From contig JAUIBW010000008.1 in the NCBI GenBank assembly GCA_030427585.1, forward strand, positions 5,831 to 69,830: a DNA stretch of 64,000 bases. Direction: 5' to 3'. This DNA is from Bacteroidia bacterium. GTDB lineage: Bacteria > Bacteroidota > Bacteroidia > Flavobacteriales > Flavobacteriaceae. The translations under genes were made by a program, and so were the position numbers. The notes below the pieces were generated by a model that worked only from the letters and a program-made list of their open reading frames with translations, searched no databases and was not told the origin of the DNA. Shown piece after piece: positions 1 to 7,358 of the stretch (positions are counted from its first letter, which is position 1; the number at the start of each line of letters is the position of its first letter).

Positions 1-980
1 ATCGATCCAGTAATATCATTTATTTCTTGCTGTTTTTCTAACCCCGTAAGCAATAATTTTTCAGAATCTTCATTGTTTTTATCTTCTTGCCATTGTACAT
101 ATCCTAAATTGCCCAAGACTCTGGCATATTCTCTTTGATCTCGTTGTACTATAGAATCAGATGCCAATGTTTTTAACATCTTTATTGCTTCAAGATAGTT
201 TCCCTGATTTGCCAATATCAAGGCTTTGGTATTTTTAAAAATCAAAATATTTTTGACTCCTATAGTCTTTATAAACACGCTATCTTTACCAAGTGCTAAA
301 GCTTGAGTATTATACTTAAATGCCTCTTTATAATTTTTTTGTACTCTATTGGCTACAGAAATTATATGATATAGTCCAGCAAGGTTTCTAAGATCTGAGG
401 TCTGTTCCAAATAAGTTACTCCATCTACAGCTGTCGTTTTACTACCGGAATAATCCCCTAAAAATGTCTGAATATTTGCCATTTGGAGTAGACTTCTACC
501 AGCTCTTATGGTATCTTTAACAATTCTTGCTATTTTAAAGGCTTTATTATGATGATTAAAAGCTTTTACTAATTCATTATTTCTTCTATAATAAATTCCT
601 AGTTTAGTATAAGCTTTTACCATATATATAGTATCTCTATTTTGTTTTGCCAATTCATATAGCTGATTAGAATAAAAGATTGCACTATCATATTGCTTAA
701 TCTGACCTAATAATTTTGTTTTCCGCATCAATCCAATATAAATCAAAGAATCTTGCTTGGATAACCAGGCACCATCTAAAAAAGAAGTAACATGTAGTAA
801 TCTTTCGGGGATTGACAAAGAATCTACTTTACTCAAGTTATAATATTGAGTAAGGCTATCCAATTGAGATTGAGATAAAGAAGTTTTTACTTCTACCTGG
901 CTAAAAACAGGTATACTACTGCATAAAAGTAGTAGTATAATCGCTATAATATAGAAGGAATCGACACGCCAAAGTTTCAT
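1..980 (-). CDS. TPR-like repeat protein with N-terminal signal peptide (gene continues beyond window start)
   Basis: Absent from the ORF track because it is open at the window edge. The minus-strand ATG at 980 gives MKLWRVDSFYIIAIILLLLCSSIPVFSQ. The frame then runs uninterrupted to position 1 with helical A/Y/L-rich repeats (KAYTKLGIYYRRNNELVKAF, NLAGLYHIISVANRVQKNYKEAF). Confidence 0.55.
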   Translation of the reverse strand, partial: MKLWRVDSFYIIAIILLLLCSSIPVFSQVEVKTSLSQSQLDSLTQYYNLSKVDSLSIPERLLHVTSFLDGAWLSKQDSLIYIGLMRKTKLLGQIKQYDSAIFYSNQLYELAKQNRDTIYMVKAYTKLGIYYRRNNELVKAFNHHNKAFKIARIVKDTIRAGRSLLQMANIQTFLGDYSGSKTTAVDGVTYLEQTSDLRNLAGLYHIISVANRVQKNYKEAFKYNTQALALGKDSVFIKTIGVKNILIFKNTKALILANQGNYLEAIKMLKTLASDSIVQRDQREYARVLGNLGYVQWQEDKNNEDSEKLLLTGLEKQQEINDITGS

Positions 981-1004
981 CCCTCTAAAATACTAAATAA
1001 AATT

Positions 1005-1038
1005 CGGTGTATATAGTTGGTTTTAACTATATACACCG
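1005..1038 (-). terminator. hairpin downstream of the small lipoprotein gene
   Basis: Perfect 14-bp inverted repeat CGGTGTATATAGTT-GGTTTT-AACTATATACACCG, between the stop at 1072 and the next gene start at 980. Confidence 0.5.
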
Positions 1039-1071
1039 GATTTGATTATTTTTTATTTTTACAGGTAGTTT

Positions 1072-1221
1072 TTAACCTTCATCTTCAGCGTCAACGGTTC
1101 CATCTCCTGTAGCAACTGTTTCAATAGAAATATCTTCTGTATCATTAATATTATCTGCAGTACAAGATGCAAGGTTTGCCGTGATAAAAAGGGTCATAAG
1201 TAGGTATAAAAAAGTTCTCAT
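1072..1221 (-). CDS. 49-aa acidic lipoprotein (below the ORF-track size cutoff)
   Basis: My own translation: MRTFLYLLMTLFITANLASC TADNINDTEDISIETVATGDGTVDAEDEG. It has a signal peptide with an L-A-S-C lipobox and is followed by the hairpin at 1005-1038. Confidence 0.45.
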   Translation of the reverse strand: MRTFLYLLMTLFITANLASCTADNINDTEDISIETVATGDGTVDAEDEG

Positions 1222-1552
1222 AATATTTTATTTTTTTAAAGATTTAACATGGGGATTGCTGCCTGGTTCTACACCAGGGATTTGGGATAGCAATCAAATA
1301 GTGCGGGAATATTCCCTTGTTTTTTTCGGAAAGTCGAAATCCGGGGCGGTAGTGTTTAGCCACTTTCCTTTTGAGCTTTTACCATCGCGCTACGGATTTC
1401 CGTAACATCTAAATCCATACATTTACTATGTTAGCAAAATGAAAACTGGAACTAATTGTTGAAGCGAATGTATAAAGACCCCAAGTCTATATCGGTAAAC
1501 AATTCCAAGGATTCCAAAGATTCCATTGAAATCCTAAAGATTCCAATAACCT

Positions 1553-2107
1553 ATGCCTATGAGAACAAAAACAAGTGTGACGTACAAGAATGAGATTCTT
1601 GAAAAGTACAAAAGGGAAAAAGGAGGAGAAATGAACTGTTATCTCCAGGAACCAACCCGAAAACAAATTAAAGAAGCCTGCTTATGGCTTTTAAACCGTA
1701 GAAAAGAGAAGTATGACGAAAGTATTCTAAATCGCTTTTTTCAATTTGAAGAAGGAGAAAACAAAGCATACGCTATCGAACGTGTTCACGGTGACAAATT
1801 TAAACCTATTATCAATTTTTTGACAGGAGAAACAAAATCAACCACTCCTGCTAATCTAGAGTTAATTGCATGGCTTATCGATTTTAAGCCAAGACCCTTA
1901 TCTATTTACTTAAAATCAAATACTGAGAATGAAATAACATTACCTGAGTCGTTTCAGAAAAAAGAAAATGCCTACTATCTTAAAAATGAAAACCAAGTGG
2001 TAGACATTATTCCTGAAACCAAAGTGATCGAAAAAACAGATAAGAGTATTACCATTATCTCGCAGATCAATCCCACGCTTAGGATTACGACTATCGTATC
2101 TTTATGA
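1553..2107 (+). CDS. hypothetical protein, possibly a truncated gene
   Basis: 184-aa ORF with no motif I recognise. It ends in a double stop and is followed by about 500 nt of non-coding, repeat-containing DNA. Confidence 0.35.
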   Translation: MPMRTKTSVTYKNEILEKYKREKGGEMNCYLQEPTRKQIKEACLWLLNRRKEKYDESILNRFFQFEEGENKAYAIERVHGDKFKPIINFLTGETKSTTPANLELIAWLIDFKPRPLSIYLKSNTENEITLPESFQKKENAYYLKNENQVVDIIPETKVIEKTDKSITIISQINPTLRITTIVSL

Positions 2108-2609
2108 TGAGGGATTCTGTAAAAAAGACCTATTAACTTATATTAAATTAAGTTTAGTATAAGTCGAGCAAGTAACAAGTGTAGTCATAGGGTGTCTGTC
2201 AAAATGTAATTGGAAAAACATGATTTTATAATCATTGACAAGACCCAGACTAGCATTTTTAAACGAGTTTATTCAAGGAATAGGATGAACTCAACCCTAA
2301 GAATTCGATTAATATTTCAAGAGGCATAAAAACCGTCAATTCGAGTGATTTTTCGAAATAAAATGTAGAAAAATTGCACTTCGACAAGCTCTGTAGAACT
2401 ATCGAGAATAGGTTTTTAGCATTGAAATGCTTGTTTTCGATACAAAATTCTTAACAGAATTTCACTCAAACTGACGCATTTCAGATTAATCGAACTCAAC
2501 CCTAAGTGTAAGACCCTATAAGTATACTGAACATGATTCGGTATTCTTGTGGGGTCTTTTTAATGATGCATACTGGTTATCGACCATAGTACATTCATCC
2601 TACTTAATC

Positions 2610-2642
2610 AAACCTCACAGGTCTTAGAGACCTGTGAGGTTT
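2610..2642. repeat. palindromic hairpin repeat, CCTCACAGGT family, copy 1
   Basis: AAACCTCACAGGT-CTTAGAG-ACCTGTGAGGTTT. Nearly identical to the copies at 3939-3971 and 6345-6377. Confidence 0.85.
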
Positions 2643-2732
2643 AAACTCCTATCAGGTGGCCACAAAACTTTTCAGAATAAAGTTTTACGAATCAAATTTC
2701 GCTGTATCTTTGTATACACAACGAAATTACGT

Positions 2733-3908
2733 ATGATAGCTGTAGAAAAAGCCCTTGAACTCATCAATAATAGCATCAAAAAAACAGATGTTATCATTAC
2801 AATACCTATATCAAAAGCATTGGGATATGTACTGGCAAAAAATGTCCTGTCTCCCATTAATATGCCACCTTTCAGGCAATCTGCAATGGATGGATATGCT
2901 TTGGGATCTGTCGAAGAGAAAACATTTGACCTCATCGGCGAAGTAAAAGCCGGGGATAATACCGATCCCAATCTCGAACCAGGTAAAGCGATTAGAATTT
3001 TTACGGGTGCTCCTGTACCATCGGGAGCAAAGGCCGTTATCATGCAAGAAAAGGTAGAAATACAAAATAACCAGGTACTATTACAAGAAACTGTACTACC
3101 TAATGCCAATATTCGCCCTCTGGGAGAACAAATAAAAAAAGACGATGTCGCACTCCCCGAAGGGATTGCAATTACTGCTGCTGGTGTAGGATACCTTGCA
3201 TCTTTGGGAATCACCCATGTACAGGTTTATCAAAAACCTTCTATAGCAATCATCGCTACAGGAAATGAATTAGTACCACCAGGACAAACTCTTAAACATG
3301 GACAAATCTATGAGAGTAATTCGATCATGCTATCGACTGCTTTGACCCAAGTAGGATTTGCCGATATATCTTATTTTAAGGTAGAAGACGAATATGATAT
3401 CACGCTTGCCCTTTTAGAAAACGCAATAACGCATTATGATGCGGTTTTAATTTCTGGAGGAATATCAGTTGGGGATTATGATTTTGTAGGTAAAGCACTA
3501 AGCGCATTAGATGTCGATGAAATTTTTTATAAAGTAAAGCAAAAGCCAGGAAAGCCACTTTATTTTGCAAAAAAACAAGGTACAACCGTATTTGCATTAC
3601 CTGGTAACCCTGCTTCTTCACTAAGTTGTTTTTATATTTATGTACTCCCAGCATTACTCAAAATCTCTGGATATAAAGAATATCATTTAAAACAAACCAC
3701 TGCTAGTTCTAACCTCAAATATGCAAAAAAAGGCCAAAGAGCAGAGTTTTTAAAAGCATATACCGAAGAGGATAAAGTAACGATCCTTGACGGACAAGCA
3801 TCTTCTATGCTACGATCTTTTGCCCAGGCCAATGCCTTGGTTTATCTTCCCGAAGATGTAACCGAAGTTAATATTGGTGATACAGTACAGGTGATCAATT
3901 TGCCTTAA
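2733..3908 (+). CDS. moeA: molybdopterin molybdenumtransferase MoeA
   Basis: MIAVEKALELI..., PPFRQSAMDGYA, IFTGAPVP.GA..V, SGGISVGDYDF, LPGNPASS. Start moved to the ATG at 2733, because the track start at 2634 lies inside the hairpin repeat. A TATCTTTG -7 box lies at 2705-2712. Confidence 0.9.
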   Translation: MIAVEKALELINNSIKKTDVIITIPISKALGYVLAKNVLSPINMPPFRQSAMDGYALGSVEEKTFDLIGEVKAGDNTDPNLEPGKAIRIFTGAPVPSGAKAVIMQEKVEIQNNQVLLQETVLPNANIRPLGEQIKKDDVALPEGIAITAAGVGYLASLGITHVQVYQKPSIAIIATGNELVPPGQTLKHGQIYESNSIMLSTALTQVGFADISYFKVEDEYDITLALLENAITHYDAVLISGGISVGDYDFVGKALSALDVDEIFYKVKQKPGKPLYFAKKQGTTVFALPGNPASSLSCFYIYVLPALLKISGYKEYHLKQTTASSNLKYAKKGQRAEFLKAYTEEDKVTILDGQASSMLRSFAQANALVYLPEDVTEVNIGDTVQVINLP

Positions 3909-3938
3909 AACCCTCGAGTATATAAGGTAATGAGAATT

Positions 3939-3971
3939 AGACCTCACAGGTCTTAGAGACCTGTGAGGTCT
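3939..3971. repeat. palindromic hairpin repeat, CCTCACAGGT family, copy 2 (likely also the moeA terminator)
   Basis: AGACCTCACAGGTCTTAGAGACCTGTGAGGTCT, 31 nt after the moeA stop. Confidence 0.85.
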
Positions 3972-4085
3972 GGTTAGGATTGATCATTTTGTAATATTGA
4001 CTTTATCAGTTGATTAAAAATCTTTTAAAAGAAAAACATCTCTAAAAAAATCGTTGTATCTTTGAAAACCTAACGGTTTTATACT

Positions 4086-4421
4086 ATGGATTACGTAATA
4101 AAAAGTAGAATTTGGATAGAATCTGAACATGGTGTGTTTTTAGGCGAAGGAAGAGTAAAATTATTAAAAGCGATCGCTCAGACAGGTTCTTTAAGCAAGG
4201 CTGCCAGTGATTTAGGTATGTCCTATAAAAAAGCCTGGAACTTATTAGACAGTATGAACAAATCTACCAAAGAACCTTTGGTGATTACTTCTACAGGTGG
4301 TAAAGGCGGTGGCGGGGCTAATCTCACTCCGTATGGTGAGAAAGTCATTGAAACATTCGATACCATTAATCAAAAATGCTGGGAATTTCTGGATAAAGAG
4401 CTAAAGCAAATCTCGCTATAA
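4086..4421 (+). CDS. ModE N-terminal-like winged-helix regulator (no Mop/TOBE domain)
   Basis: GEGRVKLLKAIAQTGSLSKAASDLGMSYKKAWNLLDSMN...GGKGGGGANLTPYG is the typical ModE N-domain pattern. It sits inside the Moco cluster, with a TATCTTTG -7 box at 4057-4064. Confidence 0.75.
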   Translation: MDYVIKSRIWIESEHGVFLGEGRVKLLKAIAQTGSLSKAASDLGMSYKKAWNLLDSMNKSTKEPLVITSTGGKGGGGANLTPYGEKVIETFDTINQKCWEFLDKELKQISL

Positions 4422-4437
4422 CCATTGTAACATTTAT

Positions 4438-5022
4438 ATGATTGACCCCAAAAATATAACAGGAATTATCCTTGCCGGAGGTAAAAGTTCTAGAATGGGA
4501 CGAGAAAAAGGATTGATCTTACTCGATGGTAAACCTTTTATTCAACATAGTATTGATGCATTGCGCCCATTGGTTAATACCATACTCATTGTTAGCAGTA
4601 ATTCTGATTATGATGTTTTTGGAGTTAAAAGAGTTGAAGATATTATAATTGAATCCGGACCGTTAGCAGGATTACACTCTGGATTAATACACAGTAAGAC
4701 AGCACATAATTTAGTTATAAGCTGTGATGTTCCTTTAGTGACGACTAAATTCTTAAAAAAACTACTATCCTATGAAAAAGAAGATTATGATATCATTCAA
4801 TTTGAAGCTGATGGAAAAAGTATTCCGTTAATCGCATTATATAAAAAACAATGTGCAGACCGATGCCAGGAATTACTGGCAAATGGCGAGCGACGTTTAC
4901 GTAAACTTGTTTCGGCAGTAAAAACAAAAACCATTACCGTACTTGAAAAAGAACGTCTTTTAGTAACCAATATGAATACCGTTGAGGATTTAAAAACAAT
5001 TACAAATGCAATTGACCATTAA
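4438..5022 (+). CDS. mobA: molybdenum cofactor guanylyltransferase MobA
   Basis: GIILAGGKSSRMGREKGL N-terminal nucleotide-binding motif; about 194 aa; cluster context. Confidence 0.85.
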   Translation: MIDPKNITGIILAGGKSSRMGREKGLILLDGKPFIQHSIDALRPLVNTILIVSSNSDYDVFGVKRVEDIIIESGPLAGLHSGLIHSKTAHNLVISCDVPLVTTKFLKKLLSYEKEDYDIIQFEADGKSIPLIALYKKQCADRCQELLANGERRLRKLVSAVKTKTITVLEKERLLVTNMNTVEDLKTITNAIDH

Positions 5023-5242
5023 ATATTTTGGTATGCTGGCCGAGGCCACAACAATTAATGAAGAATACTTACAAACCGAGGTTTGTTCGGTTTCTCAATT
5101 AGTAAAAAAACTAAAAAATCAATACCCAAAATTAGATAATGCTGATTTTAAAGTCGCAATTGACCAACAATTAGTTGACCAAAGTCATATTATTAACTCA
5201 GAAGTAGAAGTAGCTTTGTTGCCGCCATTCGCTGGTGGATAA
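5006..5242 (+). CDS. moaD: molybdopterin synthase sulfur-carrier subunit MoaD
   Basis: 78 aa ending in ...LLPPFAGG (C-terminal GG). Overlaps the mobA end by 17 nt. Confidence 0.85.
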   Translation: MQLTIKYFGMLAEATTINEEYLQTEVCSVSQLVKKLKNQYPKLDNADFKVAIDQQLVDQSHIINSEVEVALLPPFAGG

Positions 5243-5265
5243 TTTAATTATTCAAAATATAGATT

Positions 5266-6372
5266 ATGAATTCTATTCATCCCAGATATCATAGACAAAT
5301 CATCTTACCCGAGATTGGTACTGCCGGTCAGGAAAAACTAGATACTGCTAAAGTATTAGTGATCGGGGCAGGCGGATTGGGATGCCCTGTACTACAATAC
5401 CTTACAGCAGCAGGAGTAGGCACAATTGGTATTGTTGATTTTGATACTGTAGATATCTCTAACTTACACCGCCAAATTTTATATGGCACCGATTCTTTGG
5501 GAATAAACAAGGCTGTAGCAGCAAAACAGCGCCTTACAGACCTCAATCCTACAGTAACTATTCATACATATACAGAAAAACTTACTCCAAAAAATACCAT
5601 ATCCCTTTTTTCTGACTATGATATTATTGTTGATGGAACCGATAATTTCTCTACCCGATATCTAGTTAGTGATGCCTGTATTATTACAGATAAACCACTG
5701 GTATATGGAGCTATTTTTAAATATGAAGGGCAAGTCTCTGTATTTAATTATCAAAATGGTCCTTCTTATCGATGTTTATTTCCCGAACCCCCAAAAGCAG
5801 GAAGCGTTCCTTCTTGCTCAGAGATTGGTGTTCTGGGAGTATTACCGGGTATTATTGGTAGTATGCAAGCCAACGAAGTTCTTAAAATTATTTTAGACCT
5901 GGGTGATGTGCTTAATGGAAAACTGCTAATGTACAATTGCTTAACTACGCAATTCTCATCTTTTACTATTAATAGAGTTACGTCAGAAATATCTAAAGTA
6001 CTTGATTCTGCAAATCAATTTGAAACTAATGATTATGACCTTTTTTGTGGGGTGAAGCAAATTTCAGAAATCACTGCCCAAGAAGCTTTTGTAATAAAAA
6101 ACGCTCAATTTATAGATGTTCGTGAAACTCATGAGCAACCAAAAATTGAATGTTTAAACCCTATTTATATTCCATTAGGAAGTCTCGAACAAGAACTAAA
6201 TACTATTTCTAAAGAAAAAGAAACGATAGTTTTTTGTCAATCCGGTATTCGAAGTAAAAAGGCTTTAGACATCTTACTTCAGAATGGATTCGAAAACATA
6301 TCTCATATAAAAGGAGGAGCTATTGCTTTACATGAAATCATACCAGACCTCACAGGTCTTAGAGACCTGTGA
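5266..6372 (+). CDS. moeB: MoaD adenylyltransferase/sulfurtransferase (ThiF/MoeB domain plus rhodanese domain, MoeZ type)
   Basis: RYHRQIILPEIG..GQEKL, VIGAGGLGCP, C-terminal rhodanese with FCQSGIRS. The last 9 codons and the stop (IPDLTGLRDL*) are encoded by palindromic repeat copy 3. Confidence 0.88.
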   Translation: MNSIHPRYHRQIILPEIGTAGQEKLDTAKVLVIGAGGLGCPVLQYLTAAGVGTIGIVDFDTVDISNLHRQILYGTDSLGINKAVAAKQRLTDLNPTVTIHTYTEKLTPKNTISLFSDYDIIVDGTDNFSTRYLVSDACIITDKPLVYGAIFKYEGQVSVFNYQNGPSYRCLFPEPPKAGSVPSCSEIGVLGVLPGIIGSMQANEVLKIILDLGDVLNGKLLMYNCLTTQFSSFTINRVTSEISKVLDSANQFETNDYDLFCGVKQISEITAQEAFVIKNAQFIDVRETHEQPKIECLNPIYIPLGSLEQELNTISKEKETIVFCQSGIRSKKALDILLQNGFENISHIKGGAIALHEIIPDLTGLRDL

Positions 6373-6377
6373 GGTTT
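6345..6377. repeat. palindromic hairpin repeat, CCTCACAGGT family, copy 3
   Basis: AGACCTCACAGGTCTTAGAGACCTGTGAGGTTT. Overlaps the 3' end of moeB/Z. Confidence 0.85.
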
Positions 6378-6380
6378 AAC

Positions 6381-6415
6381 TACACCTTGAAGGTTTTAAA
6401 AACCTTCAAGGTGTA
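6381..6415. repeat. second perfect palindrome immediately after repeat copy 3
   Basis: TACACCTTGAAGGTTTT/AAAACCTTCAAGGTGTA, a 17-bp perfect inverted repeat. Confidence 0.7.
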
Positions 6416-6433
6416 CAATCAAAACTATGAATT

Positions 6434-6871
6434 ATGAAAAAACCAAAAAATGTATTTGTGCAAGGCGCTATTTCGTCAGAATTTATAGGTACATCTATTG
6501 CAAAACATCAAACTAAAACCAGTATAGGAGCCCATAATATATTTTTGGGGCAGGTTCGAGCAGATGAAATTGATGGTAAGATCATTACAGCTATTGACTA
6601 TACTGCTTATGAAGAAATGGCAAATCAAAAGTTTCATGAAATACGAGAAGCCACTTTTGAAAAATTTGACCTTACCTGCATGCATATTTATCATAGCTTA
6701 GGAACAGTAAATGCCGGAGAGATTTGTCTTTTTGTGTTTGTGTCTTCCCCAAGAAGAAAAGTAGTTTTTAAAGCTTTAGAATATGTAGTTGAAGCTATTA
6801 AAGCAGATGTTCCCGTTTTTGGAAAAGAGATTTTTGAAGATCAAACACATCAATGGAAACAGAATACCTGA
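6434..6871 (+). CDS. moaE: molybdopterin synthase catalytic subunit MoaE
   Basis: 145 aa with FLGQVR.D......I..I.Y.AYE.MA and FGKEIFED motifs; cluster context. Confidence 0.85.
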   Translation: MKKPKNVFVQGAISSEFIGTSIAKHQTKTSIGAHNIFLGQVRADEIDGKIITAIDYTAYEEMANQKFHEIREATFEKFDLTCMHIYHSLGTVNAGEICLFVFVSSPRRKVVFKALEYVVEAIKADVPVFGKEIFEDQTHQWKQNT

Positions 6872-6942
6872 AATAACAAAACTTAAATCTCAAAATTCAA
6901 ATCACAAAGGCCAAAGACCAAATCACAAAACTCAAAAAACAA

Positions 6943-7299
6943 GTGACAAAACCAAAATATGATTTAGAAAATCGAGCTTTTATCTTTGCAGCTGATGTAA
7001 GGTTCTTCTGTAAAAAATTAACTAAATCAATAATTAACATTGATGATATTAAGCAAGTAATTCGATCTTCAGGTTCCATAGGAGCTAATTATATTGAAGC
7101 CAATGAGCCGTTAGGGGTAAAAGATTTTAAAATGCGGCTAAAGATTGCCAGAAAAGAAGCTAAAGAAACTAAATACTGGCTAAAATTAATTAAAACATCT
7201 TCAGAAATTGAAGATACAGAAACAATAGATAAACTTATACGAGAAGCAGACGAATTAAATAAAATTCTATCCAGTATTATTAACAAAGCAAAAGGTTAA
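6943..7299 (+). CDS. four-helix-bundle protein (23S rRNA intervening-sequence protein family)
   Basis: YDLENRAFIFAADVRFFCKKL...SSGSIGANYIEANEP...F..RLKIARKEAKETKYWLKLI is the family signature. GTG start. Embedded between moaE and moaC. Confidence 0.75.
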   Translation: MTKPKYDLENRAFIFAADVRFFCKKLTKSIINIDDIKQVIRSSGSIGANYIEANEPLGVKDFKMRLKIARKEAKETKYWLKLIKTSSEIEDTETIDKLIREADELNKILSSIINKAKG

Positions 7300-7358
7300 A
7301 CTTTAATTTCTGTTTTTTGAAATTTGGTATTTGAGATTTTAAATTTATTATAAAAAAT

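Noticed and set aside
1181-1405. 74-aa plus-strand ORF from the ORF track
   Set aside because: It overlaps the start of the minus-strand lipoprotein gene and a hairpin-rich non-coding stretch. Its composition is odd and no motif is recognisable. It is more likely non-coding.
2221-2234. TGATTTTATAATCA palindrome
   Set aside because: The spacer is 6 nt rather than 4, there is no -7 box at the expected distance, and no gene lies downstream. It was not counted as a FixK-like box.
2634-2732. N-terminal extension of moeA in the ORF track (start at 2634)
   Set aside because: The first codons lie inside the palindromic repeat, and a TATCTTTG -7 box lies at 2705-2712. The canonical MoeA N-terminus starts at the ATG at 2733. 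Similar over-extended starts were trimmed at 35039 (to 35072), 36965 (to 36989), 19533 (to 19506), 52636 (to 52738) and 61910 (to 61859).
2672-3214. 180-aa antisense ORF inside moeA, together with the many other 60-104-aa ORFs in the track that lie antisense or out of frame within clearly assigned genes (e.g. 5328-5546, 12084-12383, 16464-16751, 22719-23015, 33399-33707, 36160-36474, 48484-48783)
   Set aside because: Each is fully embedded in a well-supported gene on the other strand or frame. They have low-complexity or hydrophobic junk composition and no motifs. Such ORFs are typical by-products of AT-rich coding DNA.
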